A stretch of 64,000 nucleotides of DNA from Felis catus (taxonomy: Eukaryota). The DNA lies in NCBI RefSeq assembly GCF_018350175.1, contig NC_058368.1, positions 41,170,001 through 41,234,000 on the forward strand, given 5' to 3'. Each line of letters opens with the position of its first letter. Within the stretch, counting starts at the first letter, position 1. Below the pieces are notes generated by a model, which was not told where the DNA came from, made no database searches, and saw only the letters and a list, made by a program, of their open reading frames with translations. Positions 1-11,293 of this stretch are shown in pieces. The translations under genes and the position numbers were made by a program.

Positions 1-326
1 GTTTCTGTGAGGATGGTTTGGGGTGATATTGACATTTAAATCCATGGGCTGTCTGTAAAACATATTGTCCTCCATAATTTGGGTGGGCCTCATCCAATCA
101 GTTGAGGGTCTGACTATAATAAAGACTGATCTTTGAGCAAGTTGAAATTCTACTTGCAAATGACACTCAGACCAGGACTACAACATCAACTTTTCCCTGG
201 ATTTCCAGTCTGCATATTTTGGAACTTGTAGTCTTCATAACCATATGAGTCATTTCCTTAAGATAAATCTCTGTAGATATACACATGCTGTTGATTCTGT
301 TTCTCTGGAGAACTCTGAAAAATACA
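1..326 (+). mobile_element. MLT2-type (ERV-L) LTR, 3' part
   Basis: GGTGGGCCTCATCCAATCAGTTGA core and terminal TTCTGTTTCTCTGGAGAACTCTGAAAAATACA resemble the MLT2 LTR; left part runs off the window. Confidence 0.75.
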
Positions 327-554
327 GAGTGGATCAAGGATTATAACCCATAACTATCTGATCCCCAAACCCCCCTAGTTTTACCAAAATACACAATATA
401 CCTTCTTGCAAAAGATAAACCTCCAAGAAAGATTTGGTCAGACTTCAGAGTATAGCATATTTTAGCTGATAGTTTAGGCAATTGGGTAGGAACCAGGCTG
501 AAAGACTAAAGTTATAAATTGATATAAAGGAGAAATAGCAGCATTGTACAGTAG

Positions 555-1260
555 TTGAGAACACAGAATTGAGAACAGGAAGCCCAGTGTTTCAATTCCA
601 GCTGTACTGTCTAACTGGGAGTACCTGGGCAAGTTCTTTAACCTCCCTATAATGAAACTTGTAGGAACCCACCCAGTTCTGCTTGGATCTAGATCCTTTT
701 TAACTGTTTTGTTCATTCCAGTTTGCTTTACCTATGTGTTATTTGCTTCAAACTGCTACAGTAGGGACTCTATTCAGAGGACTCCCATTTGCAACTAAAG
801 CTGTTTTGACTACAGGTAGACAGATAGGACGTGCCTGGAAGCTTATAACTGCCTGGGGTATTGTTAGCCAAGGACTAACTGGTGTAGTAGGGTGAAAATT
901 CAGCTCATTTGTCTTCGAGATAATATATAAGGCCTAATTTATATTCTAGAACTTCCCTCTGGGATAAGGCCATGCTTAGCTAGAAATTACACCTTACTTG
1001 GTTTCTTTATCTTTCCAACCTGCTTCCTCCATTTCCTTCTGGTTTCTCCTGGGAGCACTTTCTAGATAAATCATTTGCTTAATAATCCTCTTGCCAGTCT
1101 CCTTTGGGGAAAATTGAATAAAGACATCAAGTTTCTCATCTCTACAGTTGGAATGTACTCTTTAAGTCAAAGGTTGTTGTGACGGTTAAGTGAATTAGTA
1201 CATACAGAACACTTATAACAATAACTAACACATTTAATGTGATAAATATGTCTTAGTATA
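555..1260 (+). mobile_element. MIR SINE split in two by an LTR insertion
   Basis: MIR-like CCTGGGCAAGTTCTTTAACCTC (about 625-647) resumes as AGTTTCTCATCTCTACAGTTGGAAT...GGTTGTTGTGACGGTTAAGTGA after 1127. Confidence 0.55.
660..1126 (+). mobile_element. ERV-L solo LTR (LTR16/LTR33-like group)
   Basis: TG...CA ends; 3' end CTCCTGGGAGCACTTTCTAGATAAATCATTTGC...GGGGAAAATTGAATAAAGACA resembles LTR16-group termini. Confidence 0.55.
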
Positions 1261-1299
1261 TTAATTACAAAATACTGAAACAATATATGTTCAATTAAA

Positions 1300-1990
1300 A
1301 CCACAAAAAACTTGTCGAATGCTTACTATGTAGTATACACATTCTATGCATCAAAAAACAAGTAATCAGCTATCCCATATTTACTCTCAAGTATATTCAA
1401 TCTACATAGAGAGACAAGCTAATATTAATAAATGCAACCTAGTCAATATAATGATAGCAGTACATATTGAGTGCTAATGGTTTTCTGAATAGTAATATAA
1501 AAAAGTCATCTTGGGAACAGAACTCAGCCCAAGTAATCAAGGAAGATATTTGTCAAAATGGCTAAGTAGGGATTACACAGTTCAAAAAGTGTGGAGGATT
1601 ATGGGGAGTGAAATAGAGACAATATATGCAATGTTTGAAGTATTTGGAAGAGTTTTGCAAATTATTATTATTTGAGTTGAGTGTAGATGTGTCTGCTTAT
1701 GTGCATTTGTCTGTAAATGTATGTCAAAGTATGTGGTGATATATGTGTGTATGTGTGTGTGTCTAGTTGGGAGTGTATTGTGCATGGCAGAGAGAGTAAG
1801 AGAGAAGGTATATACATGAATCTGTGTTGAGGTGTATTTAGGGGCTTAGGATTGGCATGGAGGCTGAAGAGATAGGCAGAAACTGTGTTAGCATTCTGAT
1901 ATATTCAGGAGTTTGTACTTTATCTTAAAGGCAATGTCAAGTCAAGGATAGATTTTAGTAGGGGAATGGAATATTAGACAAGTTTGGCAA
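1300..1990 (-). mobile_element. L2 LINE fragments
   Basis: Decayed L2 3' motifs in antisense (TGCTTACTATGT..., GGAGTTTGTACTTTATCTTAAAGGCAATG). Confidence 0.45.
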
Positions 1991-2739
1991 CCGTTTAGAA
2001 TGGAATTGAGGGAAAGGATGGTAAATAGGTTTTCAACTCATATGTCAACTCTGATCAATTGGTAGTGGCTGCCTGGAGTTCTTGTTGAGGAGGATTTTGA
2101 GGTCTTGTCCAGGTTAAATTGGAAAGAACTCCATGACTGAGTATCAGTGTCTTCCATTTATTTCTCATGTCCTAACCCTTTCTTTATTGAATCTGTCCCC
2201 TAAAGTGCATATCTGTTATAGAAATCAGATGTAGATCAACTGATATCATCATAAAAATACAGATGAAAAACTTTTTTTCTCTGAATGATTCTAACCTTGA
2301 AAATGCAATAAAATTTTTACTTGTCTTAGGAAAAAATATATGGGTTAGCACAGACATTAACACATAGATATATATTAAAATTATTAATTTTATCATTATA
2401 ACCCATATAATTTTAAACACTTTTTGGAAAGTTTGTAAACTTTGAAAGTTTGTAAACACTATTTGGAAAGAATGCTCTGGTAATCCATATGTGTAGTATC
2501 AGAATAGAAAGAAAACCAAACACATAAATAAGAAGAAAGTTTTAAGACCAAATATTATGAGAGATTATTGTGTTTGTAAATATATAGACTGTGCCAAAAT
2601 TTTCCCCCCTTTACTTCAGTTAGACTAAATACCCCTTGTTTGTGTTTTGCATATTACCCTACTGATTTAGATTTAATTGACTAAATGTTATAAAATATTC
2701 CAGAGTCATCTTTACATAATAAGTACTCCCTCATAGTCC

Positions 2740-2945
2740 AAAGAACAAAGCATTTGGAGCCAGACAAGCCTACTTTAGAATCCTGACTTTGTCACTTACC
2801 AACATTTGGATCTCAGACAAGATTTCCTTGGTATGTCCCCTCTCTAAACATGTAGTACTAACTTAATAAAATTATTATGAGGTTCAAATTCAATAATATG
2901 AATGTATACAAAACACAACTTATAGAATAGTGTAATAAGTCCTGT
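2740..2945 (+). mobile_element. MIR SINE
   Basis: TTTGGAGCCAGACAAGCCT...GAATCCTGACTTTGTCACTTAC core and TTATTATGAGGTTCAAAT tail. Confidence 0.6.
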
Positions 2946-3122
2946 TGAGTTTTGAAAATACAGTTCTTATGTCACATTATGTTAATTGTTTGAAAAAAGA
3001 CTAAAGTAATTTTGAAATTAATCACACGCTAAGAAATGTTTAAAAACAAAAAATCCCTAAAATACACATTTATTTTTAGTCCATTACATACTAAAATGTT
3101 AGATACTGGAGTCACTAATTTA

Positions 3123-3335
3123 TTTTTTTTTTCAACGTTTATTTATTTTTGGGACAGAGAGAGAGAGAGCATGAACGGGGGAGGGTCAGAGAGAGAGGGA
3201 GACACAGAATCGGAAACAGGCTCCAGGCTCTGAGCCATCAGCCCAGAGCCTGACGCGGGGCTCGAACTCCCGGACCGCGAGATCGTGACCTGGCTGAAGT
3301 CGGACACTTAACCGACTGCGCCACCCAGGCGCCCC
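3123..3335 (-). mobile_element. Young feline Can-SINE (SINEC_Fc type)
   Basis: Full tRNA-derived head, (CT)n, A-tail; perfect 16-bp TSD TGGAGTCACTAATTTA at 3107-3122 and 3336-3351; CpGs largely intact. Confidence 0.97.
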
Positions 3336-4755
3336 TGGAGTCACTAATTTAAAAATTCATGGTTCACATAATAATAAGCTAATAGTACAAACAGAGATAT
3401 ATGTGTGCCTCACTCTCCATTAAACAAAGTGCAACTTGAGTATGATTTCTTAAGAACCCCATAAGAGAAAATCACATAGTAATATTAAATATAAATTTAA
3501 CTATAAATTGATTTTTATAGAACTATTCTGAATTGCTTTTATAGCACATGGTTATTAATACATGAATTCTGAATTGAGACATGGCTTCAAATACCATTGC
3601 TCTTTCCAAAATGCCCACACAGAGATTAGATGTGAGAGTAAATAGATCTTTTCACTTTTAATGGTTAATAATTACCCTTCCAAATGATACCTTCATTGAT
3701 AATACCACTTTATATACAAATTGTGTTTGATTCTTTTAAATAGGATAATGTTGGAAATGGATCTAATGGTTTTACGTACATTAATGATTTTCTCGAGCTT
3801 CATGTAATTTAAGAGAACACTGAGTTGAAGTGTAGTTGATTTGTAGTATGTTCAGTTTCTTTCTATTCCATCAGGTACTGCATTAGCATGACCCCTGAGT
3901 CTGCAGTTTTAAAACCTGGGAAATAGAGCAAAACTTGCAGAGAAAATGGTCCCTATAGCAGTCAAAGACTTGGAAAAATATTGCTCTAAAAACTAGTGTC
4001 CTTGGTCCAGCAATAAATGTTATAATTTTAATTTAAAAAGCTAAATATGAAATCATTTTTCTAATGTTGACACTCATGTTGTAAAAAATTCAATTTTTCA
4101 GAAGGTGTTTCATCTAATTTTAAAGACTATCACATTCAATGGATCACCATGTAATACACCATTAGTGTCTCACTGTTCAATTATATGAAGACCAAACTAC
4201 TAGAGAAATGATCCATTTTATAAATTCTTACTATATTTAGATTTAAAATCTGTTGTTTTGTGATCTCTTACAACTTGATGTCACACATTATCATCTTCTT
4301 TTCATTTAGTAGAAGCATGGGGAAAGAAAATGTACTATCCAGTCATGGTTGAGTTTCTTTATGTTTCACTTCAGTTTTCTGGGCATTACTAGTGGCTTTT
4401 ATTTCACAGTTGTTTCTTGTTTAAGTCTCACACAAGATGACAACAGCATGGGGCAAATCATTTTTGGCTTAATTTGAAATGGTGTTTTCAGGGTATTTTA
4501 ACAGCAGCAATTCTCATATGAGCAAGTAAAGATCATAAATGTTATCTGTATCTCCCCAGATAAACTACAAATAGAAAAACAAACACACACCAGAATTTGT
4601 AAAGTGATAAAGGAATTTAGTATGTCTAAGCCATGCGAGTAGAGTTTGAACATGGACAAAATCTATATATATGAAATTTGGCACACTCTTAAAAGGAACA
4701 AGCTAAAAACAAGGAAAATAAAAATGCTTACAAATCAAACAAACGCTACACCTAA

Positions 4756-4976
4756 TTTTTTTTTAACTTTTTTTTAACATTTATTTATTTTTGAGAGACA
4801 GGGACAGAGTCAGAGCAGGGGAGGGGCTGAGAGACAATGAGACACAGAATTTGAAGCAGGCTCCAGGCTCTGAGCTGTCAGCACAGAGCCCAATGTGGGG
4901 CTCAAACCCACGAACTGTGAGATCATGACCTGAGCTGAAGTCGGATGCTTAACCGACTGAGCCACCCAGGCGCCCC
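4756..4976 (-). mobile_element. Feline Can-SINE
   Basis: GGGGCGCCTGGGTGGCTCAG head on minus strand; TSD core TACACCTAA at 4747-4755 and 4977-4985. Confidence 0.95.
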
Positions 4977-5068
4977 TACACCTAAATTTAATCTAACTTT
5001 ATGCTATCCAGGTGAAATATATGTCTGCTAGATGTCAAAAAAAGTTAATAATTACAAAGTTATTGCTC

Positions 5069-5085
5069 TGTGCATGTGTGTGCGT

Positions 5086-5135
<50 letters not shown>
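5069..5135. repeat. (TG)n microsatellite
   Basis: Directly visible, imperfect left end. Confidence 0.95.
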
Positions 5136-5136
<1 letters not shown>

Positions 5137-5333
5137 GGGGGAAGGAATACTCTTAAAAATAAACAGTAAAAGTCATCTAGATAACTTACTGAGAAAGATA
5201 GTAAAATTATTTCAACAAAAATAGATTGATAAAAACTTGGGAGCAGGAACTGTGCCTTGTGGATTCTTATGTCCTCTACCTCAAGCATATAATCATCTAC
5301 CCATTGGCTAACAGTAAGAATGAACAAATGGTC

Positions 5334-5411
5334 GGCATCTGGGTGTCTCAGTTGGTTAAGTGTCTAACTTCGGCTTGGGTCATGATTTCACAGTTCGTGA
5401 GTTTGAGACCT
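5334..5411 (+). mobile_element. Can-SINE head only (3'-truncated)
   Basis: GGCATCTGGGTGTCTCAGTTGGTTAAG...GTGAGTTTGAGACC with no body, (CT)n or A-tail. Confidence 0.85.
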
Positions 5412-5875
5412 GTTGATATTTACCAATATCTGATTTAGAGTGAGTATGTGAATGTCACAAGCAAAAGTATATTTATCTCCTTACCATCTCAAGTTAACGT
5501 TGTTAGTGAACTCTTTGCATGCAGAATTATAATTGAGACACATGTGGGTTTCTCTATTTCATCTCTCGATAAATTCTAACCATCAAACTGTATAATGAGG
5601 CTATCTCCTCCCTAGATCTGTATTCTATTTTTATATAATGTAAGCCCAAGATTACATCTACTTTTTTATAAGCCATCAAATTATACTGACAATTCATATT
5701 GTTTGTTTTAAATAAAAATCCCAACCTTTTCACATGAAGAAATCAAGTTACTATTTCTTTTCTGTATATACAAACTGATTGTAAAAAAAATTGTATGTAA
5801 GTCAAATGAAAATTAAAATTTTGGCTGAGAAAGTGACGACCCAAGGCACATAAGTATATTTAAAATTCATTTAAT

Positions 5876-6101
5876 GGGGCGTCTGGGTGGCGCAGTCGGT
5901 TAAGCATCCGACTTCAGCCAGGTCACGATCTCGCGCTCCGTGAGTTCGAACCCCGCGTCAGGCTCTGGGCTGATAGCTCAGAGCCTGGAGCCTGTTTCCG
6001 ATTCTGTGTCTCCCTCTCTCTCTGCCCCTCCCCCGTTCATGCTCTGTCTCTCTCTGTCCCAAAAATAAATAAACATTGAAAAAAAAATCTTTAAAAAAAA
6101 A
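5876..6101 (+). mobile_element. Young feline Can-SINE (SINEC_Fc type)
   Basis: Full length; TSD TAAAATTCATTTA at 5861-5873 and 6102-6114. Confidence 0.97.
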
Positions 6102-7339
6102 TAAAATTCATTTATTTATAAATAAGAGGGACACGATTTTCATAGTTTATGTATTAATTAAATTGTTCTGCTGAGCCTGAGATGAATGAATTTGGAAAAG
6201 AGACAATACTTTCAGAGTTATTGTCTGGAACTCATATCCACATAAAAAGTGATGGAGAAAAAAACCACCTGAAGTATTTCAACTTCTATTAATTCTTACT
6301 AAATTTTCTTCTCTTTGTTTTTTATTATTGAATTTGTAAACACTTTTCTTACCAATCACCTGTCCTAATGCACACTACTTCACTTTTATGTATACATATA
6401 TATACTATACATTTCTCTAAATAAAAGTCGGAGAGGATATTGCCCATGTCACTTTGGTTCTTAAGTGAACAAATATAAGCTCACATGAATTACATTTGAT
6501 TTCAGTGAGTTTGCCATGGTAATGATAGAGTAGATATTTTCAATCAAGCCAGTTATTTCTAAAAATTCATGAAGTATACATACCTTAATAAAAGTAGGTT
6601 TTAAAAACAGTAATATTTTATGGTGGAAATGGAGAAGAAGAAACAGACTTAAATTAATCATGCAAAAAAAATTTCTAGTCCCAAAAGTTTGGTTGTAATT
6701 GGGTGGCATTAAGATAGAAATGCTCAAAGGAGAGTTTTGTTGTGTTGTGTTTCATTTTTTTTTCTTACAAAAGCTGTTCTTAACTTATATTTCTAAATAT
6801 AAATATAACTATTGAAACTCATTGTAAAGGCATGCTGTTTGAATTTGTATCCTGTCCTCTCCTCCTTTTCCCAGGACCAGTAATGTATCCTACCATAAGA
6901 CAGATCCAATCAACAATGTTACTATGCCTTCTCTGACTTCTCATTTGAAATTAACATTTTTTTGTCCCCAAGATTGACAGATAATATTTTTTTTGTTTTT
7001 CTGCATGTTTTATATTGCTTTTCTAGTATTTATCGTTCTATGTTTATAAAGAGTTCTTAGCTTACTTTGCCACCTCCTTAAATCCATTATAATACATTTT
7101 GTTTCTATATTCCTTCTTTATCTAATAATCATGTTTCCAGGAACAATGCATGTTTATGAAATATATCTTACTCATTAATAAATGTCTTGTTGTTCTTAAA
7201 TCAACATTAAAATAAACATACATATGTCTAGGAGAATAAAAGTAGCCTGCATAGGGTGGCATTCCAAATTCAAATTCTAAGTTCATTTCTTTTACTTATT
7301 AAGAGTAAAAACAATAAACTCTCTAAAAGAGAGGATTAA

Positions 7340-7830
7340 ATGATATAACTAAATACAAATGCAAATTAGAGCTTTGCTCATACACCATATCTTATCTATA
7401 AGATTGGCAAACATTCAAAAGTTTGCAAAAATACTTTGTTGCCAAGGCTACAGGAAAGCAGGACTCATACATTTTTGTTAGGAAAGCAAAATGGTACAAC
7501 CTTATGAAAGGGAATTTGGCAAATTACATATTCGTTTCCCCTTTTACACTGAGATCTCATTTCGAGAAATCTATTCTAAAATACACTGGCAAAAATCCAA
7601 AAATACACATACACATATCTTGTTGCGGTAGTGTTTGCAGTTTTAAACAGTGTATTGTGGCTGCAAGTTATTGTCCACCAATAGATTGAATAAATGATGA
7701 TACCACCCCACAATGGGGTCCCATAATGGGGACTTTGTTGATGTAAAGAGTAATAATTTATGTCTATATGCTTTTCCGATATATATCTGGGATTAATTAT
7801 TTTAGAATTAAAAAGTGGGGTAAAGTGTGT
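7340..7830 (+). mobile_element. Ancient L1 (L1M) ORF2 3' end / 3'UTR fragment
   Basis: AAATGCAAATTA...AGATTGGCAAA...AAAATGGTACAACC...GGGAATTTGGCAA motifs of old mammalian L1 3' ends. Confidence 0.7.
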
Positions 7831-7836
7831 GTAAGA

Positions 7837-9408
7837 TGTGGGCAAGGTATCAATTTATTTCCTCTCAGCTCCTAATCAACCTTTTTTGTCTTGTTTTGTG
7901 ATACCAGAGCAATATCCTCTTCCTAAAAATTTGTTCTTTACAGCTAGCAAAAATATTTACCTTTGTTAAGAGAAAGCGTTAGAGTGGCATTGTAAACAGA
8001 CAGAGATACGATGTCACTTCCTTTCCCAGTTCTGGTCCTGTTTCCAGTTTTCCTTTTATCAAGCATGGTTCTTGAGGTCCATTGATGCTCATATTGTAAG
8101 AACAAATACAAATTAAAAATAGAAGATTTTAATTCTCCTGTTGAAGTTAAAGGAAGGGAATCCACCTTTGTTTGGGACATTTACTTTGGAGAAGTCGTAT
8201 GTTCTTTCTTTGCCCCTTTGAAATGTGTGTAAATTTATTAGAAGGGTAAATGAATAACCCAGGAACCTGGGAACTTGTCAAGGCTTGGGAGCCATCTCTT
8301 GAAATGCAAGATGTCGACCCTATCTCCCAGTTTCCTGGTTCCAGGTTGCAAACCTAACCTTATTCCTGTCATAAGGATATAAGAAATTATGTTTTCTTTT
8401 AAAAGTATTTAGCAAAACAAGTGGCTACTTTAATTACCAAGTGATTTAGGATAAACTGTATGTAACAAATGGTGCTGTAGAGTCCTCTTAATCAAGGATT
8501 AGTTATTGTTTATCTGAAAAATGTATATAATGTACCACTTGGCTACATAAAAGGGTATGATTTCTTAGAGTTTTTGTGATCTCTTTAGAAAATACCTGTG
8601 ATGCACATCATGTTATGGTTTAATACTCTTTCCCTAACAAAACATGTTTTATTTCTCTTCTATTTCTGTAGAGAGGTTTTCTCAGGTGGCAGGAGATTTA
8701 GTTTCCAGTTATATTTACCCAACAATATTAGTGGACCTCACAGAGTCTCCCAATACAGGGATGCTTTACGGCAGTTTTCAGTCAAGCTCTTGGGCCACCT
8801 ACTCCTAGAACCCAATGTAAAGACCATCTCTGCCACATTCTCCCAGTCAGTGGGCTATTTCTATGATCAAGTTTCTACCACCATGGAGACAACTACTTAC
8901 CTATCTAACAACTGCTTTCTGTAGACCATCGCGGATAGTGTTATCTGTTTTATTACCTATGTTACCTGTTTCATTAGCAAATGCCACTTCCATAGCAGTT
9001 GTGGCAGAACCCTCCATCAATTCGCCTGACTTAGTGACCATATCTATAGACCTGTTGTGCCTGACCCACACCTTGTGACAACTGTGGGTGATTCCAACAG
9101 CAGAGCTCCAGCTTGCACTCTCAGAAACTTGTTTTGACACCAGTAGAGTTGTTGGCTTCTGAGTTTGACAGACCCTCTTCAAAGAGATTTAAATCTGTCT
9201 TTAGGAAGGTGTCTTTCTTTTTTATAACTCTGCCTTAGTCTATAGATAATAGCTTTATGTTTCCATTTACTAATTTTAGATCTATGAGTATTTCTTTATT
9301 TATTTAAGTAGTTAACTACCTTTGTCTGTTAAAAACTCTTTCTATTAAAATTTCCTTTCTCAAAATAAGAGGTTTTTTTCCAACTCCTAATTGAATCTGA
9401 TTGATACT
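7837..9408 (+). mobile_element. ERV-L 5' LTR (LTR40/41-like group), interrupted by an ERV1-type LTR
   Basis: Starts TGTGGGC..CCTCTCAGCTCC, ends ...CTCCTAATTGAATCTGATTGATAC and is followed directly by ERV-L gag-like sequence. Confidence 0.55.
8095..8724 (+). mobile_element. Solo ERV1-class LTR (630 bp)
   Basis: TG...CA termini flanked by a 4-bp TSD ATAT (8091-8094, 8725-8728); TATA-like TACATAAAA near 8545. Confidence 0.75.
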
Positions 9409-9570
9409 GGGTTGATATTGGGAGTGATTTTGACAGACACCCTCTCTGGGGTGGGATTGGATTGGGCTTCAGAGTAATGCTGAGCTCCTTGTAAAAGATC
9501 CTTGGGAAGCTAGTAATCTATAGTATGCAGTGGCTTCTAATTTATCAAGTTATCACATGTGGTTGATTGT

Positions 9571-9795
9571 TTCCTTTGATTTCTCTTTTTTTATGTTTAT
9601 TTATTTTTGAGAGACAGCAAGAGAGAGAGCACAAGGAGGGGAGGGGCAGAGAGAAAGGAAGACACAGAATCAGAAGCAGGCTCCAGGCTCTGAGCTGTCA
9701 GCACAGAGCCCGATGCGGGGCTCAAACCCACAGACAGTGAGGTTATGATCTGAGTCGAAGTCGGACGCCTAACCAACTGAGCCACCCAGGCGCCC
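9571..9795 (-). mobile_element. Feline Can-SINE inside ERV-L gag
   Basis: 16-bp TSD with 2 mismatches: ACATGTGGTTGATTGT (9555-9570) and ACATTTGGTTGACTGT (9796-9811). Confidence 0.95.
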
Positions 9796-10063
9796 ACATT
9801 TGGTTGACTGTGATAAAATTCTAACTTAAGCAAGAACCTTGAGGGCCCAAGAGGCTGCTCCACTTGACCGTTATGGAGGTAATTAGAGACCATTGCCAGG
9901 CTGTAGTGTTACATGCATTCTTCTGTATACACTGCACTTATAGAAAGAAAATGACCAGCTCAAGTCTTTGACTCTCACTTTAAATTTAGTCTGAAAATTA
10001 AAGAGCTTCCATGACAGCCATAGAATAATCAGTTATTTCCTGTATCTCAGAACCAATAATGCT

Positions 10064-10106
10064 AAAAAAAAAAAAAAAAACAAAAACAAAAAACAAAAAC
10101 AAAAAA
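10064..10106. repeat. poly(A)/(CAAAAA)n tract
   Basis: Directly visible, expanded within the gag remnant. Confidence 0.9.
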
Positions 10107-10469
10107 CCCACAAAATTTAATTATATGCAGCAGAAATACAACATCAACTGGGTTCACAGACTCATCAACTTTCTCATGTGACAAAGAAGGTGTAGATTAG
10201 GGGAAAAAAAAGGAACCCTGAGACTTGAAATGGATACTTTGAACTCAGATGAAACTGAGGATTTTGGACCCTAGTTTACACAGCCTTCCTTGCTATTGGA
10301 AGTGGCACACCCTCTTGTTTGTTTTCAGAAGGTTGCCTTTCTGTACTTGAAAATTTGGAATAAGCTTTTTGGGGGGCAGATGCCTTGCAAGGACATGTCC
10401 ATTCTCCTCAAGGCCATCACAGCCATCTTCTATTACCGTGGGACTCCTACTAATATCTCCTCCCTATGA

Positions 10470-11180
10470 AGATCATTAAACAGAAGCACTGTCACGTCCT
10501 TGGTGAAACTGCAGGTGTTAATGCCATGATAAATGCATTTTAAAAATCATTAGTGGTAATGCTTACAAAATTCAATGTATGTCACCTGTTTACACATAAG
10601 TCAGAGAGAGCTTGACTAATAACTGATTTATTTCAAATTTAATCTGGTTTTAACCCAAGTTGCAACTTGTTTTGATGTAGTATTTTTTTTAAGAGAGAGA
10701 GAGAGCATAAATGGGGAAGAGAGGGAGAATCTTAAGCAGGCTCCACACTCAGCACTGAACCCAACTTGGGGCTCCATCCCATGACCCTGAGATCATGACC
10801 TGAGCTGAAATCATGAGTCCGATGCTCAACTAACTGAACCACTCAGGAGCCCCTGATCTTTATTGGGCAGATCATCACAGCTCCTGGCACTTGGTATGAA
10901 GCTATTGGTTTGGCTAATACTGGCTTCTCTATATGAATATGAAAAAAAATATTAGAAGCAAGTTTCACTTACTTGGTAGGGCCAACAGTACAGCTTCACA
11001 GTTGTCTGAAGGTGATGTTAATTCTGTTCTCTGCCATATTTTTGTCTGTAAATATTTTGATTTTTTCACATTCTATTACTCATTACTGATTGTATCATTT
11101 TGATTGGATCTAATGAGTAGGAAGTAGGAACTACTTAAGCATCTTAGTATGATATATGCCAACTAGAGAGAGATTGACAA
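10470..11180 (+). mobile_element. ERV-L pol reverse transcriptase remnant
   Basis: Decayed translation QIITAPGTWYEAIGLAN..KQVSLTW*GQQYSFTV..IILIGSNE*EVGTT resembles ERV-L RT (PGTWYAAIDLAN, WQGQQYTFTVL, IMLIGSSEQEV). Confidence 0.8.
10683..10853 (-). mobile_element. Older Can-SINE inside ERV-L RT
   Basis: Diverged head ...CCACTCAGGAGCCCC and body GAATCTTAAGCAGGCTCCACACTCAGC. Confidence 0.9.
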
Positions 11181-11187
11181 GTTCAAT

Positions 11188-11280
11188 CTTTTGTAAATAA
11201 CTTTATTGGAACAGAGCCATGATGTTTACATATTGTCTATAGTTACTCTTATACTATAACAATACAGTAGATGTGACAGA
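11188..11280. mobile_element. MER58A-like hAT/Charlie DNA transposon fragment
   Basis: TTTTGTAAATAACTTTATTGGAACAGAGCCATG...TTTACATATTGTCTAT resembles the MER58A middle. Confidence 0.7.
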
Positions 11281-11293
11281 CATCTGTCACATG

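Larger units (their letters stand above)
9410..10440 (+). mobile_element. ERV-L internal gag remnant
   Basis: Decayed translation ENDQLKSL..ASMTAIE*SVISC..QNLII..AEIQHQLGSQ..NPET*NG resembles ERV-L/MaLR gag (ENDELR..LISCS..QNLI..AELQ..WDPETWNG). Confidence 0.75.
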
